NCBI GenBank assembly: GCA_963681965.1
Contig: OY820579.1
Span: 3,680,001-3,744,000 of the forward strand
DNA from: a bacterium
Lineage (GTDB): Bacteria > Electryoneota > JAOADG01
Length of the DNA: 64,000 nt
Reading direction: 5' to 3'
The notes below the pieces were generated by a model, which ran no database searches, was not told the DNA's origin, and was given only the letters and a program-made list of their open reading frames with translations. A program made the position numbers and the translations under genes. Positions 30,101 through 41,222 of the stretch are shown one piece after another. Position 1 is the first letter of the stretch. Each line of letters opens with the position of its first letter.

Positions 30101-32825
30101 TGCCATCGCGATGCTCGATTCTACCGGGAATATTCAATTTGTCAATCAGCGCATGCAATCGATATTCGGTGCGAAGCAAGTGACCGATCTGATCGGTTTA
30201 AATTTATCCGAATTGATTTCCAGCAGCGAATTCAATCGCGGAAATATACTTATTTCTTCGCTGGTCGATCACCACGGTATCGATAAAATCAATCTTGAAT
30301 TCAAACGACTCGACAATTCGATTTTCATCGGTGAAATCTTTATTTCGATCGTACACGATCAACAGAGCAATCTCAAATCGAAAATGACCGTAATCCGCGA
30401 TATCACCCAGCGCATCCAAGCCGAAGAAGCCATCCGCGAGAGTGAAAAGAAATATCGCGAACTAACCGATACGTTGTCGGAGATCGTATTTTAAGTCGAT
30501 CTTTCCCATAAATTCACGTTCCTGAACCGAACTGCATTCGAGAAAACCGGTTACACGCCCGATGACATGCTCGCCGGTATTACATTCAATCAGGTATTGC
30601 TTCCCGATGAGGCTGTGATTGCACAAATCGACTTCCTCAAATTGCAGATGGGCGACAAATTGCCCGGTCGTGAATTTACCATTCTCCGCAAGGACAATTC
30701 CACCTTCCCGGCGATGGTGTTCTCGCAACCAGTGTTCCGCGACGGAAAAATGGTGGCGTTGCGCGGTATCATCGTCGATGTAACCGAACAAAAACGCATC
30801 GAAGAGATGAAAGTCGCGAAAGAGACCGCCGAGATCGCCAGTCGATCGAAGAGCTATTTCCTTGCACACATGAGCCACGAAATTCGGACTCCACTCAATG
30901 CCGTTATCGGTACCGCCGAAATTCTTGCCGATACCAATCTCGATTTGCGACAGCGAAGTATGGTCGATACCATTACCCGGGAATCCGACGCACTGCTCGA
31001 AATGATCAGTGAAATCCTCGACTTCTCGAAAATCGAAGCGGGAAAATTTGAACTGGAATTCGTCCAATTCGATTGCCGAAAGCTTGTCGATAATGTCGCC
31101 AAATCGCTCGGTTTCAAAGCCCAACAAAGAGGGCTCGAACTCATCGCCTACTGCGATCGGAATATCGACCATCAATTAATCGGCGATCAGACGCGAATTA
31201 GACAAATTCTGGTGAATCTGGTTGGCAATGCAATCAAATTTACAACGAGTGGTGAAATTTACGTTCAAGCCGAATTGATTAGTGGACAGATGGAATTGGC
31301 TCTCATCCGCTTCTCTGTCTCCGATACCGGCATCGGCATCCCAACCGAAAAGCTGGATAAAATCTTCGAAAGCTTTACCCAAGTCGATGCATCGACTACC
31401 CGAAAATACGGCGGTACCGGACTTGGCACGACGATCTCGAAACGTCTGGTCGAATTGATGGGTGGACGCATCGGTGTCGATAGCGTCATCGATGTCGGCA
31501 GCACATTCTGGTTTGAATTGTCGCTCGACACCGGGAAAGCGATCGAACAATCGAAAATCGGTGCCTTGGAAAACATTGCTGCGACGGTATTGACGCTGAA
31601 TCGCACATTATCGCATACCATAGAACGATATTTGCAACTGTTGGGAACCGCATCGCCAATTAGAATCGATACCATCACCGATTTTTCGACAATCGCAGCG
31701 ACTTGTCGCGACCAACATATTCACCTATTGATCATCGATTACGATTATCGGCTGGCTTCCGGTGAACTGTTCTGCGATCGGCTCAACGATTCCGAGATAT
31801 CCGATTTATCGATCATTGTATTGCACCCACTGATTGTAAAGTCTAACTTTGCAGCGGCACTTCCGGAAAATGTCCGAGCATTGGCAAAACCGGTAACAAT
31901 CAGTGAATTGGCGACTTCATTACGAATCTTTTTCGATCGTAAGTTTCAACTTGCGGAAGTTGTTGCAGTCGAACCTGACGATTCATCGATCACTTCACTT
32001 AGTATTCCGAACACAGTTCGAGTGCTGTTTGTCGAAGATTATCCCACCAATCAGCAAGTCATTTCGCACTTCTTGCGCGATGCCGGATACCAAGTTGATT
32101 TAGCCGATAACGGTGCGATCGGTGTCGATATGTTCCGGTCGAAACGCTACAATATCGTGTTGATGGATATCGAGATGCCGGTGATGGATGGCTATGAAGC
32201 CACGCGTACAATTCGTTTGCACGAAAAGACCGAAGCAGCTCGCACCAATCAACAACTAGAGCGGATCCCGATTATCGCTATGACGGGACACGCCGTCGTC
32301 GATTTTCTCGAGAATTGTATCATCTCGGGAATGGACGACTATCTGGTAAAACCATTGCGCAAGAAAATCCTTTTGGAAACCGTTCACAAGTGGATTTCGA
32401 AACAGGTTACAAACAAATCCGACAATATCGAAACACCCTCCGAAGCCGACGATACACGTGTGATTGATTATCGTGGCGTGCTGGAGGAATTCGGCAACGA
32501 CGAAATATTCTTATATCAAGTCATTGATGGATTTATGAGTGCCTTAGATGGTCAAATCGCAGCAATGCAATCTGCTCTTGTGGCAAGCGACACTGTCAGG
32601 ATTCGCGACGAAGCGCATAAAGTACGCGGCGCGGCAGCGAATTTATTGGCAAAACCACTCTGCGATATTGCAACCCGGCTGGAAGCCGCGACGAAACAGG
32701 GTGTTTTGGAGGGTGTCGCTGAAATGATTCACCAATTGATCGTTGCGAAAGACGAATTTCACGTATATGTTAGTCAACTACAAAGTTCATCGAACAACAC
32801 CACCGATGCGAGGAATACACCGTGA
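27177..32825 (+). pseudogene. Membrane multi-PAS hybrid histidine kinase (HisKA-HATPase-REC-Hpt) interrupted by in-frame TAG (27396-27398) and TAA (30492-30494)
   Basis: ORFs 27147, 27498 and 30567 share one frame and the gaps are open; FLAHMSHEIRTPLN, NLVGNAIKFT, YGGTGLG, VLMDIEMPVMDG, Hpt AHKVRGAA. Confidence 0.8.
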
Positions 32826-33253
32826 AAATACTGGTTGTCGAAGACGAATTTGTCAGTCGTTCCAAACTGAAAAGTATCCTCTCCAATTTCGGAGAGTGTG
32901 TTTTGGCAACCAACGGTAAAGAAGCAATTACCGCATTCGAAGTGGCGTGGGCGAAGTGGCAACCGTTCGACCTGATAACTCTCGATCAGTATATGCCGGA
33001 AATGGATGGCATCGAGACATTGCTTCAGATTCGTCATCGCGAGCGCACCAAGGGTATCTCGCCGGAGCGTCAGGTAAAAGTCTTTATGATCACGGTCGAC
33101 AGCAACAAGGACACGCTCTCTGCCAGTATTACCGCCGGTTGTAGCGATTTCATCATCAAGCCGTTCAATCATCAGAAGATTGAGCAAAAACTTACTAGTG
33201 TCATCATGCAGAATATCAGTTTCTGGGAAGAGATTTTAGGACGCATTAAATAA
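32822..33253 (+). CDS. CheY-like single-domain response regulator
   Basis: ILVVEDE, LITLDQYMPEMDG, IIKPF; GTGA overlap with the kinase. Confidence 0.92.
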   Translation: MKILVVEDEFVSRSKLKSILSNFGECVLATNGKEAITAFEVAWAKWQPFDLITLDQYMPEMDGIETLLQIRHRERTKGISPERQVKVFMITVDSNKDTLSASITAGCSDFIIKPFNHQKIEQKLTSVIMQNISFWEEILGRIK

Positions 33254-33318
33254 TTATTTTTTGGACCTGAATTTTAACGATACTCTTCGATTTAGTCCTC
33301 TTGAAATAAGTTGTCATC

Positions 33319-33810
33319 GATAGTGGCGGACTTTAGTCCGCTTTTTTGTTTCTTTTCATGATAGTGGCGGACTTTAGTCCGCATTCTATTTCTTTTCATG
33401 GTAGGGGCGGACTTTAGTCCGCTTTTTGTTTCTTCACGGTAGCGGCAGACTTTAGTCTGCATTCTATTTCTTTTCATGGTGGGCGGACTTTAGTCCGCTT
33501 TTTGTTTCTGTTTTTGGTAGGGGCGGTTCGCGAACCGCCCGTGTCCGATCAAGATGCACAAACCGAAAATGCGGAGATTGCTTCGTCATTCCACTTCGGA
33601 AGTGCTTCGCACGTTCCTACGTTTCAATCCTCGCAACGACAGATCAGGATACAGGATAAAATGATCGGGCGCCCGCGGGGAGGCGCCCCTACTAGTAAAA
33701 CCGCTGAATCGGATTTCGGTAGTACTGCCGATCTCCGAATCGGCGAGCCTCTTGTGTCACAATCAAATATTAAGAACGCAGACTCGGAGTTCGGTAGTAC
33801 GATGCTCCCC
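33319..33810. repeat. Tandem REP-like array and mixed REP cluster
   Basis: Five gcggactttagtccgc units at ~38-41 nt period, then gtaggggcggttcgcgaaccgccc, gagattgcttcgtc...ctcgcaacgac and gggcgcccgcggggaggcgcccctac. Confidence 0.85.
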
Positions 33811-33914
33811 CGTTTACCGGACTTGCCCGATAAAAAATTAATCGTCATCGATTTTGGGTGGCAACTGACCGTGAAATCTTCCTATTTTACGCTATCCATT
33901 GATAGGATCCGATC

Positions 33915-34529
33915 ATGATCACAGTCGATTTGCGAACGCTGCTCAAACAATATTACTTGGCATCGGCGAAAGCGCCGCAATTATTGGATCTCCCCACCTT
34001 CACCACGATTGCGGTCGACGGCACGGGCGATCCCAACACCTCGCAACGGTTTCAGGATGCGGTGCAAGCGCTATACACCATCGCGTATACTGCCAAATTC
34101 AGTTTGAAGAAACAGCAGCGCTACGACTATACGGTGATGCCGCTCGAAGCGTTGTGGTGGATGGACGACATGACGCAATTTTCCGAGGATCGCAAAGACG
34201 AGTGGCTTTGGACGGCGTTTCTGGTGCAGCCCGATTTCTTCGATGCCGCAATATTCGCTGAAATCTGCGACGAGATTCTACGCAAGAAACCGGAGTTGTC
34301 CGAAATCATCCCGGAGGTGCGTCTAGAGCCGTTTTCCGAGGGGCGGGTCGCGCAGATGCTGCATATCGGACCATACTCCGCCGAGAAACCGACGATCCTG
34401 AAACTACATGCCTTTATTGCCGAGCAGGGACTGCAGCGGCGCGGGAAACATCACGAAATTTATCTCGGCGATCCGCGACGTGCCGCACCCGAGAAGCTCA
34501 AGACGATTATTCGGCAAGGGGTGGAGTAA
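33915..34529 (+). CDS. GyrI-like small-molecule-binding domain protein
   Basis: DGTGDPN, VMPLEALWW, QMLHIGPYSAE, HHEIYLGDPRR. Confidence 0.9.
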   Translation: MITVDLRTLLKQYYLASAKAPQLLDLPTFTTIAVDGTGDPNTSQRFQDAVQALYTIAYTAKFSLKKQQRYDYTVMPLEALWWMDDMTQFSEDRKDEWLWTAFLVQPDFFDAAIFAEICDEILRKKPELSEIIPEVRLEPFSEGRVAQMLHIGPYSAEKPTILKLHAFIAEQGLQRRGKHHEIYLGDPRRAAPEKLKTIIRQGVE

Positions 34530-34755
34530 ATAAATTGTCCGAAAACCGACCGAAACTTCAACCGAACACATTATTATTGAAAAACAAATAAATATTTTAC
34601 AAGTACTAAATGTAAATTTAAACCGACTGATAATCTAAAAAAGAGAATCAAGTATTTCTCTGTAACTCTGTTGCATTAATTCATGATGTGAATTAGTACT
34701 TTAGAGTACAGATCTTAATACAAATTAATTGATAGATCGTTTAATAAAAAATTAT

Positions 34756-35385
34756 TTATAAATTGAATCGATATCCAATTAGAATATGAACAAGACTGGT
34801 GTGTTGTTTATATTTATCAGTCGACCCGTCTAAATTCTCCATTGTAAATTCTGGCTCACCATACATATAAGCTAATCCAATATTCCAATGATTTTTAATG
34901 ATTATATTACCACCCAAACCATACGCCAACGAAGACCCATTAGCTGAGGTAAGTATTAATTTTTGAGTAGTTGTTTCTGCAGTTATCTCAGGAGTGGCAC
35001 TTCGCATCAAACCTAAAAATATATTTCCGTTCCCCTCAACAGCATCAGATAGTTTATGTGAAATGCCTCCTTTCATCATCAACCAAAAAGTTGACCATGA
35101 AGTAGAAGATACTTTTGCGGAAGGAATTTCTTTCTTCAGATCGGAATCATCATACGGGTTTGCATCTAGCAACATCGTTACACCCCAATGATAATTATTT
35201 TTTACTTGTTTAGTATAATCGAGTCCAAAACCGAATCCAGTTTGAGCATATCCAGCCTCATCTCCCGAAGTTGAAGAAAAATCACCAACGGGAGAAGGAA
35301 AGTCGAGATTGATTGTCAAAGTTGAATTCTCTGCTAACGCGAACGTAGCAAATAAACACAACAAAGCAGCAATAACATATCGCAT
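34756..35385 (-). CDS. Outer-membrane beta-barrel protein
   Basis: Signal peptide, alternating amphipathic strands, C-terminal LIGYRFNL; AT-rich surroundings. Confidence 0.75.
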   Translation of the reverse strand: MRYVIAALLCLFATFALAENSTLTINLDFPSPVGDFSSTSGDEAGYAQTGFGFGLDYTKQVKNNYHWGVTMLLDANPYDDSDLKKEIPSAKVSSTSWSTFWLMMKGGISHKLSDAVEGNGNIFLGLMRSATPEITAETTTQKLILTSANGSSLAYGLGGNIIIKNHWNIGLAYMYGEPEFTMENLDGSTDKYKQHTSLVHILIGYRFNL

Positions 35386-35549
35386 AGTTACTCCTTTTTT
35401 AAGTTTGATCAATGAAGCACTTAGTTCAATATTAATATCTATTAAATCGAAAAGCAATACTATCACAAAAATATTCTACTTTTATCATTATTATTATTTC
35501 TTTCCTATTCACCTCCTTATATTTCCGTATGTACCACATTGGGAATCCG

Positions 35550-37652
35550 ATGCGCCGACCACTTCCGCTGAAATCTTTGCTGCTGACAATCTGGCTGCCA
35601 CTCGCTGTGGCGCTGGGTTTGCGGTTGCTCTACCTCGCGGAATACACGCACTCCCCGCTGTTCCTCTCGCCCTCGACCGACGGTCTCTACCATCAGGAGT
35701 GGGCACATCGTATCGCACAGGGTCAACTCTTTCCCGAGGTCAATCAACCGTTCTTTCGCGCTCCACTCTACCCGCTACTGCTCGGACTGTTCTATGCCAT
35801 CGGGTGTACTAATGTCGCAGCCGCAATCCTGCAATCGATTCTCTCACTGGGGACGATCCTGCTGATTGCTCGGCTCGCCGACCGGTTCGGCGGCTCGTTG
35901 GCAGCGAAAGTGGCGGCATGGATCGCGGCATTGTATGGACCGCTGCTCTCGTATCCACTCGAATTCCAATTGCCGGTACTGATGGTGCCACTGTTCCTAC
36001 TAATCGTGGAATGGCTGCTCGCCGCACAAGCACGTGAATCGCGCTGGGCGCTGCCCGCGGCATCGTTGGCGGTCGGACTACTAGCCATTACTCAGGCGAA
36101 TGGCTTGATCCTGATCCTGCCAGTGCTCTGGCTTGCCATCCAAAATTGGCGCAAACGGTATGCACGCAACATGGCAATCATTGGGATGATCCTCTGGACA
36201 ATTCCGGTAGGAAGTGTAACGCTCGCGAATTGGATTCACGCACAACAATTTGTGCCGATTGCATCTCAAGGCGGGATCAATTTCTATCTTGGGAATAATC
36301 CCTCCGCCGATGGGGCGTATGCCGTGCATCCCAAGCTGGGCGCCGATTGGACGTGGGAAGACGCTAAGAAATCGGGACAGTGGAAAAATGGCTATATGGT
36401 CGATGGCATCATATACGACGATTTTTCCACGCCTGAACAAAAATCGGAACGGAATGCCGCTACGATGGACCGGATCGTCGATCGCGGTTATTGGAAGCTG
36501 GGCTTCCGTTATTGGCATGACCGGACACATGATGCACTCCTCCTGACATTGCGTAAATGCGGCTATCTGTTTCATCACTTCGAGATCGGGAATAACCGCG
36601 ACCTGCAACGGTTCTGGGCGGATCGTCCAGTCACGCGCTGGCTAGGTTCCAGTTTCGCATTCGGGATCGTTGCGACGATCGGTCTCGTCGGTTTCTGGTT
36701 GTTACTCAAAGATCCACCGGTGCGCATCGCTGCAATTTGTTCGGGACTATTGTTACTCTCGTACGTACCATTCTTCATCACGGCGCGCTACCGCCTCCCC
36801 GTCAGCGGTATCCTGATTGCTCTCGCAGCGACATTTCTGGTGCAACGCTGGCACGGACAGTTCAGCAATCGTCAAATTCTATTTCCGGCGATAGTCGCAA
36901 TCATTTTTGTCTGGCATCCATTCGGCGCACCCGCCATCGATCCGACCTATTACAACTATACCAAAGGGAATGCGCTCCTGCGCCTCGAACGCTACGACGA
37001 GGCGATCCAAGTGTATCAAGAAGCACTGACGAAAAAATCCGATAATCCGATGATTGCCGGAAATCTCGGCGTCGCTTATCAAAAGCTGGGTCAATGGGAT
37101 GAAGCGGAAGCGGCAACCCGCGCGGCGCTCACGCTGTCGACCACGCCGATGCTACGCGAACAGCCGTTATATCAATGGAATGTCAATTCCCGCAAGTTGT
37201 TCGATAATTTGCAATTTATTCAGCTACACAACCATCAAATCGATTCGGTATATCGAAATTACCTCAACCCAAAATTATGTATGGGTCGTAATCCCGACTA
37301 TATTTTTTATCTTGCCCTCGATTCGATCATGGTGCATGAAGATTCGCTGCTATTGTTTAAAATCTGCGCGTTGATTCCCGGAACGAATTCTGTGTACAGC
37401 GTTACGTTCCGAAATCCCGAACCTCGGTATCGTCAATTTGACACAGTTCCGAAAGCCGTTCTGTGCGATATCCTGTTACAGTTATTGCGTCGAAATTATC
37501 CCGAGGCGCAACGCATCGCGAACAGTTTCGATTCAAAGACTTTGTCTGGGGAAGGGAACGATCCTGCGCGATTTTGGCAGACTTTCGACCGCGCCTGTGG
37601 AATTCTGGAAAAGCTGGGGTATCCGGTCGAGAAGAAAGAATCACGCCGATAA
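35550..37652 (+). CDS. GT-C (PMT/ArnT-like) membrane glycosyltransferase with TPR repeats
   Basis: D..Y..WA, FRAPLYP, GGINFYLGNNP, ARYRLP, many TM helices; TPR KGNALLRLERYDEAI / NLGVAYQKLGQWDEA. Confidence 0.85.
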   Translation: MRRPLPLKSLLLTIWLPLAVALGLRLLYLAEYTHSPLFLSPSTDGLYHQEWAHRIAQGQLFPEVNQPFFRAPLYPLLLGLFYAIGCTNVAAAILQSILSLGTILLIARLADRFGGSLAAKVAAWIAALYGPLLSYPLEFQLPVLMVPLFLLIVEWLLAAQARESRWALPAASLAVGLLAITQANGLILILPVLWLAIQNWRKRYARNMAIIGMILWTIPVGSVTLANWIHAQQFVPIASQGGINFYLGNNPSADGAYAVHPKLGADWTWEDAKKSGQWKNGYMVDGIIYDDFSTPEQKSERNAATMDRIVDRGYWKLGFRYWHDRTHDALLLTLRKCGYLFHHFEIGNNRDLQRFWADRPVTRWLGSSFAFGIVATIGLVGFWLLLKDPPVRIAAICSGLLLLSYVPFFITARYRLPVSGILIALAATFLVQRWHGQFSNRQILFPAIVAIIFVWHPFGAPAIDPTYYNYTKGNALLRLERYDEAIQVYQEALTKKSDNPMIAGNLGVAYQKLGQWDEAEAATRAALTLSTTPMLREQPLYQWNVNSRKLFDNLQFIQLHNHQIDSVYRNYLNPKLCMGRNPDYIFYLALDSIMVHEDSLLLFKICALIPGTNSVYSVTFRNPEPRYRQFDTVPKAVLCDILLQLLRRNYPEAQRIANSFDSKTLSGEGNDPARFWQTFDRACGILEKLGYPVEKKESRR

Positions 37653-37963
37653 CGAAAAATATCGCAGTGCCGAATTCCGATTTGATTGTTTTCGTAGCCG
37701 TAGGCTTTAGCCAGCGTATTTTTTTTTCCGTATGTAGTTTTTCGATTCCTCCTTGTGAGACATAACTGTCAAATTAGGAGGATCCACCATTCTGCCACAA
37801 GGTTTTCGCATAGACTAATTAGGATAAAAAAATGCCCAATCGGAGCTGGGCAGTGCTGCAAGATACAAGATAAAAAAATACAAGAATGGGAGGACCCGCG
37901 AGCCCTCCCCTACTACAGATACAAGATGAAACGCGTGGTAATTCGCGAATTTGCAAACAATTT

Positions 37964-39091
37964 TTACTTCATCAGGACCATCTGCTTGGTCGTCGTAAAA
38001 TCTTGCGTTGTGAGTGTGTAATAGTACGTTCCCGATGGGAGACCGGTCGCATTGAAGTGGATACAATAAGTATTCGGCGACTGCAGCTCATTCACCAGCG
38101 TTCGCACTTCCCTGCCCATCTGATCGAATATCGTCAACCGCACATTCCCCGCCTTCTTAATGCCATACGTGATATCCGTGGTCGGATTGAAGGGATTCGG
38201 GAAATTCTGATTCAGCGAATATCGCACTGGAACAGCACCCGTTGCATGCTTTTGCGGCGTAGCAGTTGCGACAGTTGATTTTACGGTCTCTTCGCCACCG
38301 GTCGAGACATCTGCCAATCGGTAATAATAGACCGTCCCGTTGGTCACCCGGTTATCGGTGTATGTGTATGCTCGACCCGTCGAACTGGTACCCATACCAT
38401 CGATGCGGGCAATCAATTCTCCCTGTTGGTCGCGTGCAGTGGAGCGGTAAATATTGTAGTAGGCGTTATCGAGTTCCGATTCGGTTTTCCAATTCAACTT
38501 CACCATCTGATCGAGACCACTGGCAGTGAATGAAGTTAATTCGACGGGAAGACTTCCCCCGCCATTAATTTCAATTTCGATTGAATTGAATGTGCAGATG
38601 CCGGCACCGCGATATACCGGTTGAACCGACCAGTTACCGCGCGACATGGTTCCATTCAAACGGGTAAGCGTCCAGCCAAACCCTTCGCAATGAGTATTGT
38701 AAACACCGGTATAGGGACCCGATTGACTCGGATCGTAAATCGTGATCGGAGCAGTTTCATCGAAGATCGTGTTGATGAAATTGGATCCGTACAGCGGTGC
38801 TAACATCGAAAATGCCGGTACGGTGTTGTAAGGATCGCCCGTAGGAGTAGAAATCATAAAACCGAATTCGGCACCGTTATCGGGGCAAGTCACATTGATG
38901 CGAACTCGCACATTGGTTATCATGACATCGGGATTCACAAAAAACGAAAATATCGGAGCACTGTTATCCACCGTGACTACGGGTCCGTAATAACCAGCGG
39001 TCGGATTGAATGGTTGTGAATTTGCAGTCAGTGCGAAACAGCAGATAATAATAAACAGACTAGCGATACCGAATAGATTACGAGTTTTCAT
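37964..39091 (-). CDS. Secreted protein with proprotein-convertase P-domain-like region, LPVELTSF module and T9SS-type CTD
   Basis: ITNVRVRINVT...STPTG, LTRLNG..SRGNW, LPVELTSFTA, QNFPNPFNP...KQMVLMK. Confidence 0.8.
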   Translation of the reverse strand: MKTRNLFGIASLFIIICCFALTANSQPFNPTAGYYGPVVTVDNSAPIFSFFVNPDVMITNVRVRINVTCPDNGAEFGFMISTPTGDPYNTVPAFSMLAPLYGSNFINTIFDETAPITIYDPSQSGPYTGVYNTHCEGFGWTLTRLNGTMSRGNWSVQPVYRGAGICTFNSIEIEINGGGSLPVELTSFTASGLDQMVKLNWKTESELDNAYYNIYRSTARDQQGELIARIDGMGTSSTGRAYTYTDNRVTNGTVYYYRLADVSTGGEETVKSTVATATPQKHATGAVPVRYSLNQNFPNPFNPTTDITYGIKKAGNVRLTIFDQMGREVRTLVNELQSPNTYCIHFNATGLPSGTYYYTLTTQDFTTTKQMVLMK

Positions 39092-39160
39092 GACGGCTCC
39101 TTGGGTTGAGTGAAGTTAGATGTAAGCCAGGCAGCAGATCGGCGAAGAAATCCCGATATA

Positions 39161-39189
39161 ATGTTAAATTACCAAGAGTAATATTGCAA
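39161..39189 (-). promoter_or_regulatory. Candidate sigma70-type promoter
   Basis: TTGCAA-17nt-TAACAT upstream of 39091. Confidence 0.45.
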
Positions 39190-39256
39190 GCAACAATACC
39201 CATATATTGATAATTCTATGATTGAGATGTTAATCAAGAACCATTTATACCAGTAC

Positions 39257-39287
39257 AAAAATGCCGGCAGATTTGACATCTACCGGC
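39257..39287 (-). terminator. Intrinsic terminator
   Basis: gccggtagat-gtcaa-atctgccggc-atttt on the minus strand after the 39318 stop. Confidence 0.7.
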
Positions 39288-39317
39288 TTACAGCGATCGA
39301 TTGATTTGTAGAGTGTA

Positions 39318-40991
39318 TTACTTCACCAGCATCATCTGGCGAGTACAAGAAAATCCTGGTGTCTTTAGCGAATAATAATACGTTCCCGAAGGGAGACCAG
39401 TCGCATTGAAATGAACCCGGTAGTGATTTGCCGCCTGATGCTTATGCACCAACAACGCGACTCGTTGCCCGATTTCGTTGTACACCGACAACTCGACCAT
39501 CCCGCTATTCCGCAAGCTGTAACTGATCATCGTCGTTGGATTGAACGGATTGGGATATACTGACGACAGCCGGTAATCCAGTGGATGATCGAGATTCTCT
39601 GTTACCGCGTTCGTCAATGGCGTTGCGCTGGTCATCTGCGGAAATAAAAATTCTTCACCATCGAGCGAAATTGAGGAGAGACGATAATAATATGTCTGCC
39701 CGGCAACAATATTATAGCTGTCCGTGTGCGAATAATTCAACGGTGTGGTAGAATTTCCGTTTGTTGCCAGTGAACTTACCACCGACACAATATAATCTGC
39801 ACCGGTCTCGGTCAACGACCGATAAATCCGAAATTGGTGATTGTTATATTCCGATTCGGTACGCCAATTGAGTCGAATTTGATCGATTCCTCCGGTAGCC
39901 TGAAAGCTTGACAATACGACCGTTGGCGGAATTGTGGCAGTCGCGCTCAGCGGATAATGGTACTCGTCGCCTTGCAGTGTGATTGCCGAAATTCGATAGT
40001 AGTAGGTCACAGCTCGCTGACAATTGGTGTCGAAGTACGTGTATTCCTGTGGCGTCGCCGAATTTCCCGAGGGACCGGCATGACTAGCGATCGATGTGAC
40101 CATCGAAAAACCTGAATCAGTCGACGTCGATCGATACAGCGTATACGATGCATTGTTCGTTTCCGTCTCGGAACGCCAGTTGAGCTCGATCTGGTTGCCG
40201 GCAGTGATAGCTTGAAATTCCACAATCTGAGCGGGGATATACCAAGCAACGGCACTCACCGTATCGGATAGAATTTGTTCACTGCTATCGAACGCGATAT
40301 GTGATAATCGGTAATAGTAGGTTGTGCCGGGTTGAACCAGTGAATCGATATAGTTGTAAATGGAGGGTAGTGCTGAATTACCGGCACCCGTAATCCGCGC
40401 TACTACTGTACCGGTGTCGGATAGATTCAAGTAGCGATTGAGTTTGAAGTAGGCATTGTTTTGTTCCGATTCGGTTCTCCAATTGAGGAGAATGCGGTTA
40501 AAATCGCCGGTTGCAGTGAATGTCGTCAACTCGATGGGAAGGATTCCGGGCATTTCCAACAAGATTCGCGCACCGTAAGAGGGACCTGCATCAGCCCAAC
40601 TGCCGTTTGCACCCCAATCGAATAATGCAAAATCTTCATTATTATAAAAGTTATTCGGTTCACCCGGATACCAATTGGTATAGGTGACCGAATCGCCATT
40701 AACCCACGTCCAAACAGCTTCCGAGTCGACATCGGTGAATCCGAGCCAGAGACTACCCATACCCTGCGTGTTGGCTGCCAAGAACGCATTCTCTTCCGCC
40801 GATCCAATACAGGCAAGGGTACCACCATGAACGATACAGGTGTCACGCGCGGAATACCAGTCCATACCGGTAGCGCTAGCGTAATAAAATTTTCCACCGA
40901 ATGCACCCAATGTCGTGAAGCCGGGAATTGCAGGTTGAGCGAGAGCAATTGTCACAAAGAGAAAGGAAAGAAAGAAGAAAACAGACTTCAT
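39318..40991 (-). CDS. Secreted C-type lectin domain protein with three FN3-like modules and T9SS-type CTD
   Basis: CIVHGGTLACIGSAEEN, LWLGFTD, YTNWYPGEPNN; three LNWR(T/S)E.E.NN repeats; VYPNPFNP. Confidence 0.88.
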   Translation of the reverse strand: MKSVFFFLSFLFVTIALAQPAIPGFTTLGAFGGKFYYASATGMDWYSARDTCIVHGGTLACIGSAEENAFLAANTQGMGSLWLGFTDVDSEAVWTWVNGDSVTYTNWYPGEPNNFYNNEDFALFDWGANGSWADAGPSYGARILLEMPGILPIELTTFTATGDFNRILLNWRTESEQNNAYFKLNRYLNLSDTGTVVARITGAGNSALPSIYNYIDSLVQPGTTYYYRLSHIAFDSSEQILSDTVSAVAWYIPAQIVEFQAITAGNQIELNWRSETETNNASYTLYRSTSTDSGFSMVTSIASHAGPSGNSATPQEYTYFDTNCQRAVTYYYRISAITLQGDEYHYPLSATATIPPTVVLSSFQATGGIDQIRLNWRTESEYNNHQFRIYRSLTETGADYIVSVVSSLATNGNSTTPLNYSHTDSYNIVAGQTYYYRLSSISLDGEEFLFPQMTSATPLTNAVTENLDHPLDYRLSSVYPNPFNPTTMISYSLRNSGMVELSVYNEIGQRVALLVHKHQAANHYRVHFNATGLPSGTYYYSLKTPGFSCTRQMMLVK

Positions 40992-41015
40992 ATTTCCCCC
41001 AAAATCGATTTTTAC

Positions 41016-41043
41016 AACATACGAACCACGGTGATTATGTCAA
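41016..41043 (-). promoter_or_regulatory. Candidate sigma70-type promoter
   Basis: TTGACA-16nt-TATGTT upstream of 40991. Confidence 0.45.
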
Positions 41044-41222
41044 AGAATATTTCACCAAATCTCAAGAAATCAACTTAACTTAGCTAAGTTCCTATTCGGT
41101 GTGTTTTTTAAGGAGATCGGAATTTATTCCGACTTCTGTTGTGTCTCAAATCAGAACGGGCGATCCTCGGACCGCCCCTGCCAATAATCACACTTGAAGT
41201 GGGAAACCGTGGTTGGCGTCCT

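Noticed and set aside
33319-33500. Possible CRISPR array
   Set aside because: Spacers are short and themselves repeated, the unit occurs singly elsewhere (about 57417 and 63056), and there are no cas genes
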